From an uncultured Acidobacteriota bacterium (lineage in GTDB: Bacteria; Acidobacteriota; Thermoanaerobaculia; Multivoradales; UBA5704): a stretch of 64,000 bases of DNA. Made by a program: the position numbers and the translations under genes. The notes beneath the pieces were generated by a model that was given only the letters and a program-made list of their open reading frames with translations, had not been told where the DNA came from and ran no database searches. Within the stretch, counting starts at the first letter, position 1. The number at the start of each line of letters is the position of its first letter. The stretch spans positions 256,853-320,852 of the forward strand of contig CAVWRJ010000021.1 of NCBI GenBank assembly GCA_963757335.1, written 5' to 3'. Below are positions 31,984-42,008 of this stretch, piece after piece.

Positions 31984-32676
31984 ATGGATGGACAACGCGC
32001 CATCGTTCTCGGAGCCACGGGAGCCGTGGGTTCGAGCCTGGTGCGCGAGCTGCTCGCCTCGCCGCGCTGGGCCGAGGTCACCGCGCTCACCCGCCGGCCA
32101 GTCGAGATCTTCGCGGGGGCCGCGGGTCGCGAGAAGCTGAAGCTTCGGGTTGTCGATCTGGATCGACTGGAGCCCGAGACGGTAGCGGCGGCGCGCGGCT
32201 GCGACGCGGCCTTCTGCACGATGGGCGTCGGCCAGCCGCGGAAGCTGGCGCGGGAGGAAGTTCTCAAGGTGGACGTCCAGTACCCGGCCGCCTTTGCGCG
32301 CGGCGCCCATGCGGCGGGGGTGCGGCACATCTCGCTTCTCTCCTCGGCGGGGGCCGACGCCGGGGCGCGCAACTTCTATCTCCGCTTGAAGGGCTCGGCC
32401 GAGGCGGGCATCTCTTCGGCGGGCATCCCACGAACCAGCCTCTTCCGCCCGAGCCTCCTCGTCACCCGGGAGATCCGCTACGGGCTGCAGGACCGTCTGA
32501 CGCAGTCCCTCTTTCCGCTCCTCTCGTCCATCCTCCCCAGCCGGTTCCACGAGATCCGCGTCGAGGATCTCGGCCGCGCGATGCGGATCAACGCCGAGCT
32601 TCCGGGAAAGGATGGCGTCGAGATTCTCTATTACGCGGATTTCATCGCTCTGCTACGAGTGGAGACCCGTCCATGA
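31984..32676 (+). CDS. NAD(P)H-binding oxidoreductase (TIP30/NmrA-like Rossmann protein)
   Basis: N-terminal AIVLGATGAVGSSLVREL Rossmann motif. Confidence 0.6.
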   Translation: MDGQRAIVLGATGAVGSSLVRELLASPRWAEVTALTRRPVEIFAGAAGREKLKLRVVDLDRLEPETVAAARGCDAAFCTMGVGQPRKLAREEVLKVDVQYPAAFARGAHAAGVRHISLLSSAGADAGARNFYLRLKGSAEAGISSAGIPRTSLFRPSLLVTREIRYGLQDRLTQSLFPLLSSILPSRFHEIRVEDLGRAMRINAELPGKDGVEILYYADFIALLRVETRP

Positions 32677-33816
32677 CCGACCAGCTCAACCGCCGTGATT
32701 TCCTCGTCGTTGGCGCCACCGCCGCCGCCGCCGGCCTGGCCGCCGCCGCTCCGCGGACGCTCTTCGGCGAGTCTCCGGCTGCCCCGGCGCCGGCGGTGAT
32801 CGCGCCGAAAGGCGGCGGGGTCAGGCCGGTCGTCATCTCCTCGGCGAACGGCAACGTGTTCAAGAACGGCGGCGAGATGACCGGGGTCCAGAAGGCGTTC
32901 ACCCTGATGACCCAGGGGTTCGACGTGCTCGACGCCCTGGTCGCCGGGGTTAACATCCTGGAGCTCGATCCCGGAGGAGGACAGCGTCGGCTACGGCGGA
33001 CTGCCGAACGCCGAAGGGGTCGTCCAGCTCGACTCCTGCTGCATGCACGGCCCACGCAAGCAGGCGGGCGGGGTGGCTTCGCTCGAAGGGATACGGACCC
33101 CCTCGCTCCTCGCCAAGGCGGTTTTGGAGCAGACCGATCACCATCTCCTGGTCGGCAGGGGAGCGCAGGAGTTCGCCCGCGGCCTGGGGTGGAAGATCGA
33201 GGACGATCTGAACACCGAGCACTCCCGCCACCTCTGGATCGAGTGGAAGCGCCGCACCGACCCCGATCACTACCTCGATCCCAAGAAGCGCGCCGAGGCC
33301 GGGTTCGCCACCGCGCTCCAGATGGCGAGCGAGGGGCTCCTCCGCCGCGAGCACCTGTGGGGGACGATCAACTGCGACGGCGTCAACGCCCGGGGCGAGG
33401 TCTGCGGGGTGACGACGACCTCGGGTCTCGCCTGGAAGATCCCCGGCCGGGTGGGCGACTCGCCGATCCTCGGCGCCGGCCTCTATGTGGACGGCGAGGT
33501 CGGCGCGGCGGGCTCGACCGGGCGGGGCGAGGCGAACCTCTACAACCTCTCCTCGTTCTTCATCGTCGAGGAGATGCGCCGCGGCGCCCACCCCAAGGAC
33601 GCCGGCATGGCAGCGCTCAAACGGGTGGCGGCGAACACGGTCGAGAAGCGGCTGAGGAACGATCGCGGGCAGCCGAACTTCGGGCTCAACTTCTACATCC
33701 TGAACCGGAAGGGCGAGCACGCGGGGGTTTCGATGTACCCCTCGAAGTACGCGGTCTGCACGGAGAACGGACCGCAGACGCTGCCGACCGAGGCGCTCTA
33801 TCCTGGGCAGCCGTAG
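32673..33816 (+). CDS. Ntn-hydrolase isoaspartyl peptidase / glycosylasparaginase with Tat signal; 1-nt frameshift near 32975
   Basis: RRDFLVVGATAAAAG Tat motif. Second frame carries GTINCDGVNARGEVCGVTTTSGLAWKIPGRVGDSPILGAGLYVD (Thr nucleophile). Removing one g in cccggagg restores DPEEDSVGYGGLPN. Confidence 0.8.
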
Positions 33817-34346
33817 GTTCGGGGGAGAGGCAGCTCAGCCGAGGGTGCTGCCTACGCGGCTGTAGAGCTTGTCTTTAAGCGACTCCCGCGATGTATCCTC
33901 TGAGCTTCTTCGCGAGTCCGGCCCCGGGATGAGCTGCTCTCGAGCGCTGGGTAGTGGGCGACGACGATCCCGTCTTCACCGGCCGTTCGCAGGCAGCCAG
34001 ATACTCGAGATACCATGGCGGCTCCTTCCTGAGAGCAGGCTATCCCGCCCAGAGCTTCGCAGGTCCTCGGAATGATCGGTAGAGGCTTCTCGTCGCTGGG
34101 GCTCCCGCAGAGCTTCTGTGCAGCATTAATGCTCTCGTAAAGTGCCGGCTTGAGAAGAGTCCTCGCCGAAGCGTCCCTCCCCCCATCCCCTTCCACCCGC
34201 CCGCCCAGGGGGAGGAACCCTTCGGCGAGGATTCTTCTCAAGCCGAGGCCCTTCTGAACGAGTCTTTCTGCGGAAGCCCTGCGGGACCAGGCGATGCGAA
34301 AGACCCTGCCTATCATTCCAAGGCTGACGAACCACTAAGGCCTCCG

Positions 34347-35861
34347 TCAACGTTCCTCCTCCACCTCCCCGACCTCCACCACCGCCCAGGTCGGTGGGCA
34401 CCAGAAGCGGATGGGGAGGAGCGAGGTGCCGATCCCCTGGTTGACGAAGAGCGTCGTCCAGCCGGGCCGGTTGGGGGCGGCGAAGGGGAAGACGCCGTGG
34501 CCGTAGTAGGCGCCGATCCGGGAGCGGGTGGTGAGCGCGCCGACGAAGGGGAGCCGCACCTGGCCGCCGTGGGTGTGGCCGGCGAGCACCACCTCGATGC
34601 CGCGGTAGGCGGCCTCGGGGGCCGCGTCGGGGACGTGGGAGAGGACCACTCGCGGAGTGCCGGGGGGGACCGCGGGGCTCCTCGCGAGAGCCAGGGCGAG
34701 GCGGGTGCCGCGGGCCCCCTGGCGCCAGCCGAGGGGGCTTTTGGGACCGGCGAAGGGTTCGTCGAGGAGCACCCTGCCGTCCGCCGCCGTCACCTTGAGG
34801 TTCCGGTAGAGGACGTCCCCACCCCCCCAGGCGCCGAGGCCCACCGTGCCGGCCTCGATGCGGAGCGGGCTTCTGTCCTCCCCCCAGGCCTGCCAGCGCT
34901 TCGGCTCCGGCGCGCCGGCCAGCCAGACCCGGGCGAAGAAGCGCACCACCCCCGGCTCGACGACCGTCCGCATTCGCAGCCGGTACCAGCGCCGGGGCAG
35001 AGGATCGACCCCGGTGTCCGGATGGCCCTCGAAGGTCGTCCCCTGGGCGATCAGCCAGAAGCTCCCCGGCCGGCCGTCCTCGGACTTCACCCGGCGGAGC
35101 CGGAGCATCCGGTCCTCGCCGAGGACGTAGCGGCTGTGGACGGCGATCCCGGCGCCGACGTCGGCGTTCTCGATCCAGGTGTCGCAGAGCATCTCGTAGC
35201 CGCTCCAGGCGAGGGGGCCGCCCTCGTCGCCGAGGCTCAAGGGCGGGGGATCGTAGTGCAGATAGAAATCCTTGTAGGGCAGGCCCCGGCCGCCGGAGAG
35301 GTGCCAGGGACCTCGTCCCGGCCGCCGGGTCAGCCGGAACGGTGGGTGGAAGTGGGGCACGAAGTCGTCCTCGCCCACCTGCTGGTTCAAGCCGAGGAGG
35401 AGGATCGGCCGTTCCCTGCCGATCCGCACCCCCTGGTTCGAGACCCAATGGACCCCGGCGTCGGCGAGCGACGAGACGATCAGCCCCTGGTACTCGCTGT
35501 GCCCCTGGACGGCGTAGATCGCGGGGGTGATGGCGCGGAGCTGGGAGAGAAAGGCAGTGGCTGCCGCGGTGTGGCGGGCGAAGGGCTCGAGGTCGGGGAC
35601 ATCGCGGACCAGGTCGCCGGAGAGGAGGATGACGTCGGGGTGCGCCGCGGCGACGTTCCGGAGCAGCCGGCGAAGGAGCGGCTCCTCGCGGGCGATGTGG
35701 AGGTCCGAGAGGTGGACGATGCGGAGCGGCGCCGCGGCGAGGGGGATCCGCACGTCGTCCCTGAAGAGCAGGAGGTGGGGCTCGACGACCCAGGCGTCGA
35801 TGGCGCAGAGCGCCGCCGCGAGGAGGAGGGCGCGGAGGCGCCGGCGGCTGAAGAGTCTCAC
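34347..35861 (-). CDS. calcineurin-like metallophosphoesterase with C-terminal beta-rich (DUF1080/LamG-like) domain
   Basis: VHLSDLHI...ILLSGDLV...VVLAGHTHGGQ motifs; N-terminal signal/TM. Confidence 0.7.
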   Translation of the reverse strand: MRLFSRRRLRALLLAAALCAIDAWVVEPHLLLFRDDVRIPLAAAPLRIVHLSDLHIAREEPLLRRLLRNVAAAHPDVILLSGDLVRDVPDLEPFARHTAAATAFLSQLRAITPAIYAVQGHSEYQGLIVSSLADAGVHWVSNQGVRIGRERPILLLGLNQQVGEDDFVPHFHPPFRLTRRPGRGPWHLSGGRGLPYKDFYLHYDPPPLSLGDEGGPLAWSGYEMLCDTWIENADVGAGIAVHSRYVLGEDRMLRLRRVKSEDGRPGSFWLIAQGTTFEGHPDTGVDPLPRRWYRLRMRTVVEPGVVRFFARVWLAGAPEPKRWQAWGEDRSPLRIEAGTVGLGAWGGGDVLYRNLKVTAADGRVLLDEPFAGPKSPLGWRQGARGTRLALALARSPAVPPGTPRVVLSHVPDAAPEAAYRGIEVVLAGHTHGGQVRLPFVGALTTRSRIGAYYGHGVFPFAAPNRPGWTTLFVNQGIGTSLLPIRFWCPPTWAVVEVGEVEEER

Positions 35862-35874
35862 CGGCGGAGCGGGA

Positions 35875-37440
35875 TCATGCGGGGGTGAGGCGGGGCCGGG
35901 TCCGCTCCCACTCCTCGACCGAGCGGACCCGGTGGACCCGCATCAGGTTGGTGAGCGGCCGCTCGCGGATGGGATGGCCCATGAGGACGATGATGCGGTC
36001 GCCGGCCGCCGCCAGGCCGGCCGCCTGGAGCTCGCGGTCGACGGCCTGCATGACGCCGTCCAGATGCTCGACCTCGCCGGTCGCCACCAGGGGCCGCACC
36101 CCCCAGACCAGCTGGAGCTGACGCGCCACCTCGGCGCTCGGGGTGAGGGCGACGAGCGAGGCGTCGGGCCGGTAGCGGGCGGCGAGGCGGGCGGTGAAGC
36201 CGCTCTGGGTCCAGGCGACGATCCGCGTCACCCCGAGCTCGCCCGCGGCGTAGACCGCGGCGGCGGAGACGATGTCGGGGACGTCGGGGGAGAGGTCGAT
36301 CCCCGGCCGGTCGCTGCCGAGGCTCGCCATCTCTTCACCGATATTGAGGTCGAAGGCGCGCCGGGCCTCGGCGGTCGCCAGGGGGCGGAGGAGGGCGCGC
36401 GGGCCGGCCTGGTTCTGCCGCCCGTAGCATTCGGCCTCCAGGATGATCTGGGCCATGGTGGCGACGACCGCCACGGCGTGCCGGCCGACCGCGGTCTCGC
36501 CCGAGAGCATGAGGGCATCGGCGCCGTCGAAGACCGCGTTGGCCACGTCGGTCGCCTCGGCGCGAGTGGGGCGCGGCTGCTCGATCATCGATTCGAGCAT
36601 CTGGGTGGCGACGATCACCGGCTTGCCCGCCCGGCGGCCGGCGGCGACGATCTTCTTCTGCAGCACCGGCACGGTGTAGAGCGGCACCTCGACCCCGAGG
36701 TCGCCGCGCGCCACCATGACCCCGTCGGAACAGGCGATGATCTCCTCCAAGTGCTCGATCGCGGTCGCCCGTTCGAGCTTGGCGATGATCGGGAGCGTCG
36801 GCCGCGAGCCGCCGCAGGCCTGCCGCACGGCGCTCCGGATGGCCTCGACGTGCGCCGCCTCGCCGACGTAGGAGGCGGCGATGAAGTCGGCCCCTGCGGA
36901 GACGGCGAAGGCGATGTCGGCGCGGTCCTTGTCGGAGATGGTGAAGGGGAGGTCGGTGTCGGGGAGGTTGATCCCCTTGCGGGTCGAGACCGGGCCGGGA
37001 TTGACGACCCGCGCCCGGACGAGCGCCCCCTCCTTGCCAAGGACCCGGAGCTCGACTAAGCCGCTGTCGATCAGCATCCGCTCACCGGGCTTCAAGTGGC
37101 GGAGGAACTCCGGGTCGTCGACCGGGAGATCGACGCCGCCGCCATTGGCGCCATTGGCTCCAAAGCAGACTTCCTCGCCGGCCGCGAGCGTCCGGGTGCC
37201 GCCGGGCAGCTGGCCGAGCCGGTAGCGGGGGCCCATCAGGTCGGCGACGATCGGCAGATGGCAGCCGAGGGAAGCCTCGACCCGCCGCACCCGGGCGATC
37301 CGCTCCGCGTGCTCCTCATGACTGCCGTGAGAGAGGTTCAAGCGGACGAGGTCGACCCCCGCCTCGACCAGAGCGGCGAGGCCGGCCTCGTCGGACGAGG
37401 CGGGACCGAGGGTGGCGACGATCTTGGCCCGGCGTTCCAT
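35875..37440 (-). CDS. pyk: pyruvate kinase
   Basis: KIVATLGPAS...MVARGDLGVE...and the C-terminal regulatory domain. Confidence 0.9.
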   Translation of the reverse strand: MERRAKIVATLGPASSDEAGLAALVEAGVDLVRLNLSHGSHEEHAERIARVRRVEASLGCHLPIVADLMGPRYRLGQLPGGTRTLAAGEEVCFGANGANGGGVDLPVDDPEFLRHLKPGERMLIDSGLVELRVLGKEGALVRARVVNPGPVSTRKGINLPDTDLPFTISDKDRADIAFAVSAGADFIAASYVGEAAHVEAIRSAVRQACGGSRPTLPIIAKLERATAIEHLEEIIACSDGVMVARGDLGVEVPLYTVPVLQKKIVAAGRRAGKPVIVATQMLESMIEQPRPTRAEATDVANAVFDGADALMLSGETAVGRHAVAVVATMAQIILEAECYGRQNQAGPRALLRPLATAEARRAFDLNIGEEMASLGSDRPGIDLSPDVPDIVSAAAVYAAGELGVTRIVAWTQSGFTARLAARYRPDASLVALTPSAEVARQLQLVWGVRPLVATGEVEHLDGVMQAVDRELQAAGLAAAGDRIIVLMGHPIRERPLTNLMRVHRVRSVEEWERTRPRLTPA

Positions 37441-37463
37441 GGCGGGGAGTATATGGTGGCGGG

Positions 37464-37544
37464 AGGCTCAGTTGGCTCTTGCGGGCGGGCTCCTTCGGGC
37501 GCTTCGCGGAGCCAGTCGCCCGTCCTCGGAGCCCAACGGAGCCA
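37464..37544 (+). repeat. dispersed palindromic element (copy 3 of 4)
   Basis: gctcagttggctc-TGCGGGCGGGCTCCTTCGGGCGCTTCGCGGAGCCAGTCGCCCGTCCTCGG-agcccaacggagcc. Confidence 0.8.
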
Positions 37545-37630
37545 GTACCGGGAAGGGGCGGCGATCGGCGCGGAGTGAAGAGGCCGGGCCGGCGGGAGCC
37601 GGCCGGGCCTGACGCGCCGAAGGCTTGCGA

Positions 37631-38184
37631 TCAGCGGACCGGCGGACGCGGGTCGCGGTCGTGATCCTTGTCGTGATCCCGGTCGTGATCCCGATTGTCG
37701 CCGTCGTCATGATAGCCGTGGCGCTCGCGGAAATCGGCGTTCCGGCCGTAGTACGGCGACAGCTCGTCCATCAGCCGGGCGATGTGGGCCATGCCGCGAT
37801 CGACATAGGGGCGGCGGTTGGTCGTGCGGAGGGCATCCGCGGTGGCGTCGAAGGTGGAGACCAGGGCCTGGAAGTCGTCCGCGGTGCGCTCGGGGCTCTG
37901 CCGGAACTGCTCGACCCCGGTCTCGAAGTGCTTGGTACGGCTGGCGAGCTCGTGCAGGCGGTCGAGCATCGCCGCCTCTTCATCTTTCGGCTTGCGGTTG
38001 TTGCGATCCGCCTGATGGCTCATGGAAGCGGCGGTCCTCGACATGTCCTGGGCGACTCCGATCACGCGCTCGATGTGGGCGGCATCCGGATAGCGGTGTT
38101 CGGGCGCATCGTTCTGGGCCCAGACCGCGGGGGCGGTACCCAGCAGAGTGAGGCTGGCGGCGAGAAGGAAAGTTTTGGTATGCA
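37631..38184 (-). CDS. secreted helical protein with His/Asp-rich C-terminus (CpxP/ZraP-like periplasmic or metal-binding protein?)
   Basis: Signal peptide MHTKTFLLAASLTLLGTAPAVWA; C-terminal HGYHDDGDNRDHDRDHDKDHDRD. Confidence 0.4.
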
Positions 38185-38269
38185 TGACAAGTCTCCTTTT
38201 AGGTGCTTCTGGAGAGGGGAGAAGCAACGTTGATGCCATGCGGGGGGAAGACCTCCGGGAGAAGACTCC

Positions 38270-38400
38270 TGTCGTAGGGGCACCCCCCTGTGGGTGCCCT
38301 GGGAGGGCGGGCGGCCACGGGGGGGCCGCCCCTACGCTCCAAGCCCTGGGAGGGAGGGCGGCCACGGGGGGCCGCCCCTACGCTGACGAGGCCCTGGCGC
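38270..38400. repeat. two tandem direct repeats of about 45 bp, each with a GC-rich hairpin (ggcggccac-ggggggcc-gcc)
   Basis: gccctgggagggcgggcggccacgggggggccgcccctacgct occurs twice in succession. Confidence 0.8.
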
Positions 38401-38456
38401 GCGCCGGGCTACCAACCTTTCCCCCTTCGGGGCCGGGTGGTAGTCTCAGGAGCCCT

Positions 38457-38753
38457 ATGAAATCGAACTACCAGCTCTTCAAGCTGTGGTGGGTTTCGGT
38501 CCTCCCCCTGACCAAGGACGCCATCCACATCTACATCGGCTTCCTCTGCCTCCTGGGAGCGGTCATCGTCCTTAAGCGCCGGCTCAGCTCCTTCTGGGCT
38601 CTCCTCCCCGGGTTCCTGCTCTCGCTCCTCATGGAGTACTTCGACCTGCGCGACGGCTTCGGCTGGCCGGCGAGCCTGCACGACATCGTCAACACCAACC
38701 TGATGCCGCTGGTGCTGGTCCTCCTCGCGCGCTGGGAGGTCCTACGCCTTTGA
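38457..38753 (+). CDS. small membrane protein (98 aa, 3 predicted TM helices)
   Basis: ORF with ATG at 38457; hydrophobic segments; no family recognised. Confidence 0.35.
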   Translation: MKSNYQLFKLWWVSVLPLTKDAIHIYIGFLCLLGAVIVLKRRLSSFWALLPGFLLSLLMEYFDLRDGFGWPASLHDIVNTNLMPLVLVLLARWEVLRL

Positions 38754-40313
38754 CAGCGTGTGGCCGTGCTCGCAGACCTCGGAGAGGAGCCGGGAGAGGG
38801 TCTCGGGGTCGACCGGCTTCACCAGATAGGTATTGAACCCCGCCTCCATGGCCCGGCCGCGGTCCTCCGGCTGGCCGTAGCCGGTCATCGCGATGAGGCA
38901 GGGGGAGTTACCGTTCAGGTTGGCGCGGATACGGCGCGCCACCTCGTTGCCGTCGAGACCGGGGAGGCCGATGTCGATGAGCGCCACGTCGGGCGGCGAG
39001 GTCAGGGCTCGTTCGAGCCCGATCGGGCCGTCCTCGGCGACCTCCACCCGGTAGCCCCAGATCTCCAGCAGGTCGCGGAGCGACTCCCGGCCGTCCTGGT
39101 TGTCCTCGATGACGAGGATGCGCAGGCCCTGGCCGGAGGCGGTCCCGGCCGCCGTCAGCTGGGGGAAGGCGCAGGGGTGAGAGGTCTCGGCGCCGCCCTG
39201 GCGCCGCGGCAGGCGGACGGTGAACTCGCTGCCCCCTCCCGGGCCGGGGGAGGCCGCCGACACCCGCCCGCCGTGCAGCTCGACCAGGCTGCGGACCAGG
39301 GGGAGACCGAGCCCCAGGCCACCCTGCGAGCGTGGGATCGAGCTCTCGACCTGGGTGAAGAGGTCGAAGACCCGCGGCAGCATGTCGGTCGGGATGCCGA
39401 TGCCGCTGTCGGTCACCCGGATCACCGCCTCCCCCCCCACCGTCCCCGCCGAGATGGCGATCTGGCCGCCCGGCGGCGTGTACTTGATGGCGTTGTGGAG
39501 CAGGTTCGAGACGATCTGCTCCAGCCGCACCGGGTCGCCTTCGACCTCGACCGGCTGGGTCGTGACCTCCAGGGTCAGGTGCTGGCGCTCGGCCTGCGCC
39601 GCCGTGCCGAGCTCGCGCAGGCAGCGCTCGACGACCTCCTGGAGGTCGACCGCCTGGGCTTTCAAGGTGATCTTCCCCAGGGTGACCCGGGAGATGTCGA
39701 GGAGGTCGTCCACCATCCGCGCCAGGTGCCGGGTCTGGCGGTCGATGACCCCGCGCTGGCGGACCTCCGATTCGTCCGCCGAGCCGATCCGCTCGAGGAC
39801 CGAGTGGGCGTTGCGGATGGCCGCCAGCGGATTTCTGAGCTCGTGGCCGAGCATGGCGAGGAACTCGTCCTTCCGGCGGTCGGCCTGGGCCTGGCTGCGC
39901 AGGAGGTCGCGCACCTCGTACTGGCGGCGGCGGGCGCGCAGCGCCGCGTGGCAGGCCGAGACCAGGGTCTTGACCCGCACCGGCCGTTCGAGGATCGTCG
40001 AGTTGCCGAGCGGTTCGAGCGTCGCGAGGACGTCGTCGGTCGAGTCGCGGCGGGTGAAGACGACGAGCGGCAGGTCCGACCACGGCCCCTCGCTGCCGAG
40101 GACGTCCAGGAGGTGGTTCACGGTCTGCGGCGACAGGGCCTCGTCGGCGAGCACTGCCATGCCGGCGCCGCTCGGGACCTCGCGGCAGAGCCCGTTCAAG
40201 TCCTCGCAGGGGATCGCCGTGAAGCCGGCGCGGACGAGCACCTCGCAGGTGAGCACCGCGTCCCGGCCGGTGGGGGCGAAGACGAGGACCCTCTCTTCGG
40301 AGCGATCCGTCAT
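38742..40313 (-). CDS. hybrid sensor histidine kinase (REC-like N-term, HisKA, HATPase_c, C-terminal REC)
   Basis: H-box FLAMLGHELRNPL; N, G1 and G2 boxes (HNAIKYTPPGG, DSGIGIP, GGLGLGL); C-terminal REC with D in ALIDIGLPGLDG. Confidence 0.85.
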   Translation of the reverse strand: MTDRSEERVLVFAPTGRDAVLTCEVLVRAGFTAIPCEDLNGLCREVPSGAGMAVLADEALSPQTVNHLLDVLGSEGPWSDLPLVVFTRRDSTDDVLATLEPLGNSTILERPVRVKTLVSACHAALRARRRQYEVRDLLRSQAQADRRKDEFLAMLGHELRNPLAAIRNAHSVLERIGSADESEVRQRGVIDRQTRHLARMVDDLLDISRVTLGKITLKAQAVDLQEVVERCLRELGTAAQAERQHLTLEVTTQPVEVEGDPVRLEQIVSNLLHNAIKYTPPGGQIAISAGTVGGEAVIRVTDSGIGIPTDMLPRVFDLFTQVESSIPRSQGGLGLGLPLVRSLVELHGGRVSAASPGPGGGSEFTVRLPRRQGGAETSHPCAFPQLTAAGTASGQGLRILVIEDNQDGRESLRDLLEIWGYRVEVAEDGPIGLERALTSPPDVALIDIGLPGLDGNEVARRIRANLNGNSPCLIAMTGYGQPEDRGRAMEAGFNTYLVKPVDPETLSRLLSEVCEHGHTLSKA

Positions 40314-41875
40314 GCGAGGGTACCCGCAGTCTCCTCGATCGGTGGGTCGAGCGGCGGGATGGCCTCGCCGGTGTAGACCGGCTGGCCGGTCAGGATTCCG
40401 TTGAAATCGCGCAGCTGCCGCCCGACCTGAAATCCGGGCGGGTGGATGCGGCACTCGCGCACCGCCTTCTCGTGGGCGCCGGTGCGTTTCTTGACCACCG
40501 AGATCGCATGGCGGACCTCGCCGAAGGACTCGAAGTAGCGGAGCAGAATGACGTTGTCGGCGAGGTACGAGAGATCGACCGGCGATTCGAGCCCCTGCCC
40601 GACGAGCCCGTTCTGGGCCATGATGAGGAGCGTCACCGCTCCCTGCTGGGCGAGGAAGGAGAGCATCTCGTGCAGGTGGAGGGTCAAGAAGCGCTCCTCC
40701 GGCATGGCGTTCCTATAGCCGTTCAGGCTGTCGAGCACGACCAGTCGGGTGCCCTGGACGACCCCCTGGCAGACCTCCTGCGAGAACTCGCCGGGCGACA
40801 TCTGGGCGGGATCGAACTGGCGCAGGATCACCCGGCCGCTCTTTAGGTGCTCCTCGAACTTCATCTCCAGCCCCTCGGCGCGGAGCAGCCAGTTCTCCGG
40901 CGTCTCGTCGAAGGCGTAGATGGCGACCCGCTCGCCGCGCTCGGCGGCGGCCAAGGCATACTGCATGGCGAGAGTCGACTTGCCGACCCCCGAGGGGCCG
41001 AGGAGCATCGTGCTCGTGCCGCGCTCGAGCCCGCCGCCGACGAGCGAATCGAGCGCCGGCACGCCGGAGGAGATCGCCTCGCGGACGAACTGCCGTTTCT
41101 GGCCCGCCGCGATCAGTCGGGGGTAGACGACCAGGCCCCCGGGCTCGATGTTGAAGTCGTGGTAGCCGTCGTGAAAGTGGATGCCGCGCACCTTCTGCAC
41201 CTTGAGCCGCCGGCGCTGACCGCCATACTCGGGGGCGAGGTGCTCCAGGGTGAGCACGCCGTGGGTCAGGCTCTGGAGCTGGAACTCGGTTCCCGGCAAG
41301 GTGCGGTAGTCGAGGAGGAGCACCGTGCAATGCCGGCCGGTGAAGTAGTGCTTCAAGGCGAGGACCTGCCGCCGGTAGCGGAGCGAATCGCGGGCCAGCA
41401 TGCGGATCTCGGAGAGCGAATCGAACACCACCCGCCGGGGTTTGACCGCCTCGACCGCTTCGAGCACCGTCCGGGTGGTCTCCGAGAGCTCGATCTCGGA
41501 GGGGTGGAAGAGGGTGTACTGGGAATCCGCCTTCAAGCTCTCCTCGGCGGTCTGCAGGTCGCAGATGGTGATGCCGTCGAGATCCCAGCCGTGGGAATGC
41601 GCGACATCGCGCAACTCCTCCTCAGTCTCCGAAAGAGTGGCGTAGACGCCGGTCTCGCCCTTCCTCACCCCTTCGAGTAGAAATTGCATGGCGAGGGTGG
41701 TCTTCCCCGCCCCCGGATCGCCTTCGATCATGTACATCCGGTTGTGCGGCAGCCCGCCGCCCAGCACCGCATCCAGGCCGGCGATCCCGGTTGCGGCCCT
41801 CGGCAGCTGGTCGCTCTTCGGCCGCTTCCTATAGGTCGCTACGCCCGCGGCCACCGTGCTCTGTTCGCCGGTCAT
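40310..41875 (-). CDS. KaiC-like double RecA-domain ATPase
   Basis: Two Walker A motifs (GDPGAGKTTLAMQF and GPSGVGKSTLAMQY). ATG at 41875 preceded by GGGGGAGGAG. ATGA overlap with the downstream kinase gene. Confidence 0.85.
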   Translation of the reverse strand: MTGEQSTVAAGVATYRKRPKSDQLPRAATGIAGLDAVLGGGLPHNRMYMIEGDPGAGKTTLAMQFLLEGVRKGETGVYATLSETEEELRDVAHSHGWDLDGITICDLQTAEESLKADSQYTLFHPSEIELSETTRTVLEAVEAVKPRRVVFDSLSEIRMLARDSLRYRRQVLALKHYFTGRHCTVLLLDYRTLPGTEFQLQSLTHGVLTLEHLAPEYGGQRRRLKVQKVRGIHFHDGYHDFNIEPGGLVVYPRLIAAGQKRQFVREAISSGVPALDSLVGGGLERGTSTMLLGPSGVGKSTLAMQYALAAAERGERVAIYAFDETPENWLLRAEGLEMKFEEHLKSGRVILRQFDPAQMSPGEFSQEVCQGVVQGTRLVVLDSLNGYRNAMPEERFLTLHLHEMLSFLAQQGAVTLLIMAQNGLVGQGLESPVDLSYLADNVILLRYFESFGEVRHAISVVKKRTGAHEKAVRECRIHPPGFQVGRQLRDFNGILTGQPVYTGEAIPPLDPPIEETAGTLA

Positions 41876-42008
41876 GCTGACACTCCTCCCCCCAGAAGAT
41901 GACCGCACAATCCGAGGTGGGCGGACCTCGGGCCTATGCGGCTGAGTCTATCGCTTTCCGGCTATGCAAATCGGGTGCCGGAGATGCCGGCGAGGCATGA
42001 GCCGGGTT

